A stretch of DNA of 32,896 bases, taken from positions 1 through 32,896 of IMG/VR virus record IMGVR_UViG_3300027764_000018; one strand, 5' to 3'. Below, one piece after another: positions 7,625 to 13,810 of the stretch. The notes beneath the pieces are model-generated. The model worked only from the letters and a program-made list of their open reading frames with translations, was not told where the DNA came from and did no database searches. Numbering within the stretch: the stretch's first letter is position 1; each line of letters starts with the position of its first letter. The stretch comes from a virus (Duplodnaviria; Caudoviricetes). A program made the translations under genes and the position numbers.

Positions 7625-7809
7625 TATCTTAACCTTGTGATGAACGTGACGCCCTTAACAGTGCGGCACTTGAATGCCTTCCCGTTGCGGATGCCATATT
7701 GTGAGGCGTTGCGGCTGGTGCGCTTGGCATCGCCGCGTTTGGCGGCTGGCATGGTGGCGACTTCACCAACCTCTAGCGTTCCCATTGGGTAAATCATAGG
7801 TCTAGCCAT
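7624..7809 (-). CDS. small basic protein, putative DNA-binding (DUF7303-like), paralog B
   Basis: Start MARPMIYP at 7809, TAATG-coupled. YP..TLEVGE and C-terminal TRLR. Confidence 0.7.
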   Translation of the reverse strand: MARPMIYPMGTLEVGEVATMPAAKRGDAKRTSRNASQYGIRNGKAFKCRTVKGVTFITRLR

Positions 7810-8342
7810 TATTCGCAACTCCAAACTTTCGTTGATGTTAGGATGTCAGTCGGCCAGCCTGTGTCTTCAGTGAAGCTGCGCTCCTCAAATAGAACCATGT
7901 TGGTTGGCCTGATCAACAACCTATCGCCTGTGGTTCGCATAAACATAAATTCCTTTGATTGTTCGGGCGCTGCGCTGAACCCGTCACCATGTGGGCAAGC
8001 GGTAAACAGACAGGTTGCGCGGCTTTCGGTGCCATCATAACGCGCTGTCAGGTCTGCCAAGTATACATATTTGATAACATCAAAGTCAGTGCCGTAGCAG
8101 TCCCAGACCTGCGCTTGCTGTAGTGTCCAATAGGGCCACGGTTCGGCACTAAACGCTAGCGCATGAGGCGGCACGTTGCGGTAGACAGCGCCGCATTCCA
8201 GCATCACATGGCAACCCCATGCGCGGTTGGGTGTCGAGCGTAACGCAAACCAAACGGCTGGCTCAAAGCCTTTGCCATCCTTGCGGATAAATGCGCTGTC
8301 AACGTGAACGTAGAGGTGGTTCGGTAGGTTGCGACTGCTCAT
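7809..8342 (-). CDS. hypothetical phage protein (177 aa, Cys/Trp-rich)
   Basis: ATGA-coupled start; longest ORF of the leftward operon. Confidence 0.8.
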   Translation of the reverse strand: MSSRNLPNHLYVHVDSAFIRKDGKGFEPAVWFALRSTPNRAWGCHVMLECGAVYRNVPPHALAFSAEPWPYWTLQQAQVWDCYGTDFDVIKYVYLADLTARYDGTESRATCLFTACPHGDGFSAAPEQSKEFMFMRTTGDRLLIRPTNMVLFEERSFTEDTGWPTDILTSTKVWSCE

Positions 8343-8584
8343 TTTAGCAGCCCCCGTGCGATGCAGGCTTGGCGCAGATGCTCAGGCCTAAACCCCCACA
8401 CGCGGTAGTGGCTGCCGTAGGTCTGGCAGACGCGCGACAAATGCTGCTCATGCTGCCGCAATTCAGCCTTCAGGCGTTCGTGCTTTTGTATGGCCTTTGC
8501 GCCTACGCGCAGCAGGTCTAGTTCGGGGTCAATGTCCTTTTCATCATCATCGACAGACGGATCTATAACTTTAATCTCAAACAT
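8339..8584 (-). CDS. hypothetical protein (81 aa)
   Basis: AAGGA RBS; ATGA overlap with the next gene. Confidence 0.75.
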   Translation of the reverse strand: MFEIKVIDPSVDDDEKDIDPELDLLRVGAKAIQKHERLKAELRQHEQHLSRVCQTYGSHYRVWGFRPEHLRQACIARGLLK

Positions 8585-8597
8585 GGTTTAGTTTTCC

Positions 8598-8930
8598 TTA
8601 TAGTTCTATTGTTGTGGTAGGCTTGGGGCGTCGGTCGTTTAGCCGCGCTATCCAGTAGGCGCGGTCACGCCCTTCTGTCCGCTTGGCGTGGTAGTTGAAC
8701 AGCGCAAGGGCCAAGTCATCATATCCCTTGCGTTTGTGCGTCACGATTAGTGGTGACGGTGCCATTGGCGTCAGGTTGGGGCGATATTCCCTAATCTCTA
8801 TGCAAGCATCTTCAATGTCGCGCAGCGTTAGGTTTAGGTTACGTTCGCGGTTGATATATTGCATCACCGCCGTTTTGTCGGTGATATATCCGGCCAAATG
8901 GCGAATTTTAGTGCGTAGGTTCCTATCCAT
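8598..8930 (-). CDS. hypothetical basic protein (110 aa)
   Basis: TAATG-coupled to the upstream gene. Confidence 0.75.
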   Translation of the reverse strand: MDRNLRTKIRHLAGYITDKTAVMQYINRERNLNLTLRDIEDACIEIREYRPNLTPMAPSPLIVTHKRKGYDDLALALFNYHAKRTEGRDRAYWIARLNDRRPKPTTTIEL

Positions 8931-9130
8931 TAGATACCACCCTTGCGCTTATAGCGTCCCGTCGCAGGATCGCGCATTAGGCCATAGCGTTTCCATTGCA
9001 GCAATTCGGTAGCGTCGCGCAGCCATGCCTTGCGCCATGCGTCACAGTCCTTTTTTGTGAGCCATAGCAGGGCAATCGTAAAGGTTTGCGCGGCTAACAG
9101 TCCCGCGATCGCTAATTCATATTGTGTCAT
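8930..9130 (-). CDS. small protein with N-terminal transmembrane segment
   Basis: Hydrophobic stretch LAIAGLLAAQTFTIALLWL; GAGG RBS. Confidence 0.75.
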   Translation of the reverse strand: MTQYELAIAGLLAAQTFTIALLWLTKKDCDAWRKAWLRDATELLQWKRYGLMRDPATGRYKRKGGI

Positions 9131-9131
9131 T

Positions 9132-9191
9132 TTAATCCTCTAATATTAAAGTTAATAGGAATAGGGCAGCGCCAGCGATAACCGCTATCAT
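9132..9191 (-). CDS. 19-aa hydrophobic peptide (MIAVIAGAALFLLTLILED)
   Basis: Found manually. ATGA overlap with the upstream stop; fills the gap exactly. Confidence 0.6.
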   Translation of the reverse strand: MIAVIAGAALFLLTLILED

Positions 9192-9439
9192 TTGGCATCC
9201 AACATCTCTTGCATAGCTTCTATTTCATCCAGCGACCAAATTGCTTGATCAACACAACTGGTGAGCCGTAGGTTTAGGTCTTCGATCTCGCGCTTGGCTT
9301 CGTCAAGCTGCGCTTCGACGGTCAACAAGTCGCGTAGGCGTTCGCCTAACACTAGGGCTAAGTCATTGTCGCAATAGCGTGCAGCTTCAGCCAGTGCGCT
9401 ATCAGATAGCATTCGAAAGTATGTGCGGTCTTGTGTCAT
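9188..9439 (-). CDS. hypothetical acidic coiled-coil protein (83 aa)
   Basis: GGAG RBS; heptad-like Leu pattern. Confidence 0.75.
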   Translation of the reverse strand: MTQDRTYFRMLSDSALAEAARYCDNDLALVLGERLRDLLTVEAQLDEAKREIEDLNLRLTSCVDQAIWSLDEIEAMQEMLDAK

Positions 9440-9528
9440 TGTGGTGCTCCAAAGATTAATGCGTCGAGGGTTAGCGCCGCGATGATATACACCGCGAACG
9501 CTAGGTTATGGATTGCAGCGCGGCTCAT
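9436..9528 (-). CDS. 30-aa hydrophobic peptide (MSRAAIHNLAFAVYIIAALTLDALIFGAPQ)
   Basis: Found manually. ATGA overlaps at both ends. Confidence 0.65.
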   Translation of the reverse strand: MSRAAIHNLAFAVYIIAALTLDALIFGAPQ

Positions 9529-9803
9529 GCGTCTACTTCTGCTGGCTGGTGGTGAGACGCTAGGGCGTCCCAATCGACGCTGTTCAGGTCAAGCATATCC
9601 CATATGAAACCTGCTGTTGTGCTATCGCGTCCGATTAGGTCGTAAACATATTCTTCCACCATATCGCGGCAAAAGTCGGCAGTAATGATTGGGTTATATG
9701 GATTGCGCGAATCTTCAGCCATCTCTGCCCATATATCGTTGAACCAAAGGCCGACTGTCCAAGTGGCGGGATTGCGCCATCCGTTGCAAGTATTGTCTAT
9801 CAT
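9525..9803 (-). CDS. acidic early protein (DUF7249-like, NGW.N..TW motif)
   Basis: CNGWRNPATWTVGLW N-terminus and VDWDALA C-terminus; AGGAG RBS. Confidence 0.75.
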   Translation of the reverse strand: MIDNTCNGWRNPATWTVGLWFNDIWAEMAEDSRNPYNPIITADFCRDMVEEYVYDLIGRDSTTAGFIWDMLDLNSVDWDALASHHQPAEVDA

Positions 9804-9870
9804 AGTATCTCACTCCTGTTGTTGGCACTAGCGCCAGCCTCGCGGCGGATTGCTCCGCCGTCCGGTGGTG

Positions 9871-10188
9871 TTAGTCGGCAGTTAGGCTGTCGATATTTTG
9901 GCGGGCTAATTCGATTGCAGTGTCGACCATATCGTCGAAATATCCACCCTCATCCATAAAATCAGCATAAGTTGCGTAGCAACACGCACCAAGATATTCG
10001 TCTGCCAGTTCTATGCCGTTTTTGCTGGCAGTGACGTTAGCGATGAACCATTCATAATCGCCTGCGTCGATTGCCCGTGCAGTCTCGCCATCATCGTCGA
10101 AATGGTCATTAGGATGCGTCAATTCTGGGATGACTGCGAAACGAATGTCGAAACCATCTTTGGTGAATGTGTGAATTGTTTGTGCCAT
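9871..10188 (-). CDS. highly acidic protein (105 aa), first gene of the leftward operon
   Basis: GGAG RBS; about 23 D/E versus 5 K/R by manual count. Confidence 0.8.
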   Translation of the reverse strand: MAQTIHTFTKDGFDIRFAVIPELTHPNDHFDDDGETARAIDAGDYEWFIANVTASKNGIELADEYLGACCYATYADFMDEGGYFDDMVDTAIELARQNIDSLTAD

Positions 10189-10220
10189 TTTATGTTACTC
10201 CATTTCATTGTTGATACCCT

Positions 10221-10249
10221 CTTATCTACCCTCAAACATAGCCTGTCAA
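10221..10249 (-). promoter_or_regulatory. probable leftward early promoter
   Basis: Perfect TTGACA on the minus strand (10249-10244). The -10 is weak (GATAAG at 17 nt). Confidence 0.4.
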
Positions 10250-10298
10250 CAACAAAATGTGTTGCAGATAAAAAAAGTTGTGTTGGTGAAAATAAATC

Positions 10299-10307
10299 TG
10301 TGGATAA
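10299..10307 (-). promoter_or_regulatory. perfect DnaA box (TTATCCACA)
   Basis: TGTGGATAA on the + strand, next to the repeat cluster. Confidence 0.5.
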
Positions 10308-10329
10308 CTATTTATGGGGCGATTGGCGA

Positions 10330-10646
10330 GTTAGGCTATTTGTTAGGCTATTAAATAAGGCCAAATGACTATTTTTAAACGGCAGATTTCCGCGGCTTTG
10401 AGAGGGGGTTAGGCGGTTTAGGCTATTGGTTGTTAAGTTAGTGATGAAATGATATAATTAACCTATATGGTTATGATATAGTGTTACAAATGTTTTCACG
10501 GCAACTGAAAACCGATAGCCTAAATAGCCTAAATGACCTAACTTGCCCTCTAACTTTACGCTAACGTAAAGCCACCACTCGCCCATGCAAATCGCTACGC
10601 AATCATTTCATCAGCGACTTGTTATCTCATAGCCTAGATAGCCTAA
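10330..10646. repeat. inverted clusters of ATAGCCTAA repeats (iteron-like; putative origin)
   Basis: TTAGGCTAT at 10331, 10343 and 10418. ATAGCCTAA at 10515, 10524 and 10638, with variants at 10533 and 10629. AT-rich centre between the two clusters. Confidence 0.75.
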
Positions 10647-10944
10647 CTAATAATGGTTCGCATTAAGCCAGCCAGCCAGCAATATGTTTTTTCCAATTCG
10701 CGCGATCGCGCAAAGGGAAAGGCCATTTCTATTCCAGCAGGAACAAAAGCAGAACGCTAATCTCTACGCTGCACTGCACAAAGCTGCGCTGCTGCCAGCC
10801 AGTTGCTGAATGCAAATTCCGACAAATTTCCGAGGCCGCCCCCTAGGGCCGACGGTCGGGCCGTTGTCAGTGACAGGGATCGCAAACAATTTTTATTTTT
10901 TTTATTATTTGTAGATGCAAAAAAGCCACCCGCATCAAAGCCTG

Positions 10945-10973
10945 TTGCGTATCTGCATCCTTTGGATTATTGT
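10945..10973 (+). promoter_or_regulatory. probable leaderless promoter for the terS/late operon
   Basis: TTGCGT-17 nt-TATTGT-7 nt-ATG(10981); no SD. Confidence 0.5.
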
Positions 10974-10980
10974 ACGCCCA

Positions 10981-11490
10981 ATGACTTTCTACTCACTGCC
11001 ATTTACACCAGAGCGGACGCAGGCCACCGAGGCGCGGCTAGAGTCTATTTATGAAGCTGCGCGCTACGGCCTGAAAGGTGACAGCCTCGCTATGGCCGCT
11101 GGATTAACCCCGCGGCAGTTCCGCGTGCTAGCGGATGCGGACCCGCTGGTGGAGATGGCAGAGATCAAAGGTCGTGCCGACGGCGAAATGACCGCGGCCA
11201 AGACTATGTACGAAGCGGCACGCGATGGCGACAGCAAGGCTGCGCTGGAAATACTCAAGCATCAGCACGGCTGGGTAGCCAAGCAGCAGATCGACGTAAA
11301 CATCGACCAACAGATAAGCATCACAGGCGCACTGGAAAAAGCACAGTCGCGCGTCATCGAAGGGCTGTACACGGACGTGACGCCCCCAGCGCAGCTAGAG
11401 GATAACACATACCATGCAGCAGCCGATATACTCAGCCCAAGACGAGATGGAGTTGATGGCAAGGTTGTGGTCACCCAGCCTGAAGGATGA
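10981..11490 (+). CDS. terS: terminase small subunit
   Basis: Immediately upstream of terL. HTH-like N-terminus, then GDSKAALEILKHQHGW. Start reassigned to MTFYSLPF. Confidence 0.75.
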   Translation: MTFYSLPFTPERTQATEARLESIYEAARYGLKGDSLAMAAGLTPRQFRVLADADPLVEMAEIKGRADGEMTAAKTMYEAARDGDSKAALEILKHQHGWVAKQQIDVNIDQQISITGALEKAQSRVIEGLYTDVTPPAQLEDNTYHAAADILSPRRDGVDGKVVVTQPEG

Positions 11491-12949
11491 CCCACTAGCT
11501 TTCGTATTATATACATTCCCGTGGGGACAGCAGGGCACACCGCTGGAACATTTTTCCGGACCGCGCAAATGGCAGCGTCAGATACTTGGTGACCTGCGCG
11601 ACCACATCAAGGCGAACAACGGCAAGGTTGATTTCGACACTGCGCGGCTGGCGATTGCGTCAGGACGCGGTATCGGCAAGTCGGCGCTAGTGTCATGGCT
11701 GACAATATGGATGCTATCGTCACGCATCGGCTCTACTACAATCGTGTCGGCCAACTCTGAGGCGCAGTTGCGCTCCGTAACATGGGCAGAAATTACTAAG
11801 TGGCTGGCGATGAGCCTGAACAGCCATTGGTTCGAGATAGCCGCCACACGCATCATGCCAGCCAAGTGGCTGACGGAACTGGTCGAACGCGACCTGAAGA
11901 AAGGCACGCGCTACTGGTCAGTCGAAGGGCGGCTGTGGTCAGAAGAGAACCCTGACGCATACGCTGGTGTCCACAACTTCGACGGTGTGATGCTGATATT
12001 TGACGAAGCCAGCGGTATTCCAGACAGCATATGGTCGGTGAGTGATGGTTTCTTCACAGAGAATACACCGCATCGCTTTCATCTGGCCTTCTCCAACCCG
12101 CGGCGGAACACTGGCTATTTCTACGAGACGTTCCACAGCAAGCGGGCGTTCTGGCAGACACGCGTCATCGACGCGCGGGATGTCGAGGGTACAGATAAAA
12201 ACCTGTATCAGCGCATCATCGACGAATATGGGCCTGACAGCTACCAAGCCAGCGTCGAAGTGTACGGTAACTTCCCCTCAGAAGGTGACGATCAGTTCAT
12301 CGGCAGCAATCTGGTCGATGATGCCATGAAGCGCACACCGGCTAAAGATGCCACAGCGCCCATCGTCATAGGTGTTGACCCTGCACGCTTCGGGGCTGAC
12401 GCCACCGTCATCGCTGTGCGCCAAGGGCGTGACATCTTAGAACTGCGGAGACACCGCGGCGCAGACACTATGGAAGTGGCTGGACACGTCATCGACGCCA
12501 TAGAGCAGTACAAGCCTGCGCTGGTCTGCATCGACGAAGGCGGCCTAGGCGCAGGCGTCGTAGACCGGCTAAAGGAACAGCGGTACAAGATACGCGGCGT
12601 AAACTTCGGCAATAAGGCTAAGAACCAGACCATGTGGGGCAACAAGCGCGCAGAGATGTGGGGCGCCATGCGAGATTGGCTCAAGACGGGCCACATACCG
12701 AGTGACCGCTTCCTGAAGACCGACCTCATCAGCCCGCGCACCAAGCCTGACAGCAAGGGGACTCTGTTCCTTGAGAGCAAGAAAGATATGAAGGCGCGGG
12801 GGCTGGCATCGCCTGACGCAGCGGACGCCATAGCGGTTACGTTTGCATTTCCTGTGGCATCTACTGATCCGCGTCTGTCTCGCGTTGACAACCGCCGCGT
12901 AAGCGCGTATTCTTCCGCTGGAATATCTACATCGTGGATGGGCAGTTAA
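11414..12949 (+). CDS. terL: terminase large subunit
   Basis: Walker A SGRGIGKS, Walker B LIFDEAS, coupling motif SNP, RNase H-like nuclease IGVDPAR..D and SPDAADA. Confidence 0.96.
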   Translation: MQQPIYSAQDEMELMARLWSPSLKDDPLAFVLYTFPWGQQGTPLEHFSGPRKWQRQILGDLRDHIKANNGKVDFDTARLAIASGRGIGKSALVSWLTIWMLSSRIGSTTIVSANSEAQLRSVTWAEITKWLAMSLNSHWFEIAATRIMPAKWLTELVERDLKKGTRYWSVEGRLWSEENPDAYAGVHNFDGVMLIFDEASGIPDSIWSVSDGFFTENTPHRFHLAFSNPRRNTGYFYETFHSKRAFWQTRVIDARDVEGTDKNLYQRIIDEYGPDSYQASVEVYGNFPSEGDDQFIGSNLVDDAMKRTPAKDATAPIVIGVDPARFGADATVIAVRQGRDILELRRHRGADTMEVAGHVIDAIEQYKPALVCIDEGGLGAGVVDRLKEQRYKIRGVNFGNKAKNQTMWGNKRAEMWGAMRDWLKTGHIPSDRFLKTDLISPRTKPDSKGTLFLESKKDMKARGLASPDAADAIAVTFAFPVASTDPRLSRVDNRRVSAYSSAGISTSWMGS

Positions 12950-13215
12950 TGGCGGACAAGAAAAAATCGGTGTCGCTATCCGTTGGCAGGGGTGAGAAGT
13001 TGCCTGTGTCAAAGGGCGCGGGATTGACAGCCGCTGGCAGAGCCAAATATAATGCTGCGACAGGCAGCAAGTTAAAGGCGCCTGCACCCAACCCGAAGAC
13101 AAAAGCAGATGCGGGACGCAAAGCGTCATTCTGCGCGCGCATGGGTGCAGTAGCTGCTAAGGCAAAAGACGGCGAACGCGCCAAAGCTAGTTTGAAAAGG
13201 TGGAAATGCCCATGA
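12949..13215 (+). CDS. small basic protein (DUF6321-like)
   Basis: TAATG-coupled; GAGLTAAGR..YN, RKASFCARM, SLKRWKC. Confidence 0.75.
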   Translation: MADKKKSVSLSVGRGEKLPVSKGAGLTAAGRAKYNAATGSKLKAPAPNPKTKADAGRKASFCARMGAVAAKAKDGERAKASLKRWKCP

Positions 13216-13361
13216 AACCCGGACTGTACGCAAATATCCATGCTAAAAAAGCCCGCATTGCCGCCGGATCAGGCGAAAAAATGCGTAAGCCGGGCGCTAA
13301 AGGCGCACCAACTGCCAAGGCGTTTAAGGACAGCGCCAAAACCGCTAAGAAAGGTAAGTAA
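13212..13361 (+). CDS. 49-aa basic protein (MKPGLYANIHAKKARIAAGSGEKMRKPG...)
   Basis: Found manually. ATGA overlap; stop abuts the next ATG. Confidence 0.8.
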   Translation: MKPGLYANIHAKKARIAAGSGEKMRKPGAKGAPTAKAFKDSAKTAKKGK

Positions 13362-13664
13362 ATGCCATCAGGTAGAAAAGATATTTACGGTAGACCAAGC
13401 CGCCGCCTCGCTGACCCAAAAGTCATAAAAGCTGAAATGGGCGCGGAAAGAAACGCTGCTGCTGCCGCTCGTTTGGCAGGCCGCAAGCCTGACGCAGCCA
13501 AGATTCTGGCCCGCGAAGGCACGACAAGCCCAGCCGGCGGACGTGCAGTTAAGATGCCTGCTAAAGCCGCGCCTGCTAAAATGCCGAAACCTGTACAGAA
13601 ACCTGTACAGGTCACACGCACAACGACCGCTTACCGGCCAACGCCAATGGGCAAAAAGAAATAA
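13362..13664 (+). CDS. Lys/Ala/Pro-rich basic protein (100 aa)
   Basis: AAGG RBS; low-complexity, histone-tail-like composition. Confidence 0.75.
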   Translation: MPSGRKDIYGRPSRRLADPKVIKAEMGAERNAAAAARLAGRKPDAAKILAREGTTSPAGGRAVKMPAKAAPAKMPKPVQKPVQVTRTTTAYRPTPMGKKK

Positions 13665-13666
13665 TC

Positions 13667-13807
13667 ATGCCTCTCATTAAATCGACAGGCAAAGCCGCGT
13701 TCCGCAAGAACATCAAGGCTGAAGTAAACGCTGGCAAGCCTGTCAAGCAGGCTGTAGCTATTGCCTACAGCGTCAAGCGCGAAGCCGCCAAGAAGGGCAA
13801 GAAATAG
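13667..13807 (+). CDS. 46-aa basic protein (MPLIKSTGKAAFRKNIKAEVNAGKPVKQAVAIAYSVKR...)
   Basis: Found manually. The KQAVAIAY motif is common in small phage proteins near portals. Confidence 0.8.
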   Translation: MPLIKSTGKAAFRKNIKAEVNAGKPVKQAVAIAYSVKREAAKKGKK

Positions 13808-13810
13808 GTT

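Noticed and set aside
10330-10646. Mini CRISPR array
   Set aside because: Repeats are only 9-11 bp, irregularly spaced and in both orientations.
10102-11054. Plus-strand ORFs 10102-10368 and 10803-11054
   Set aside because: They run through repeats, T-tracts and promoter elements, with no RBS and implausible composition.
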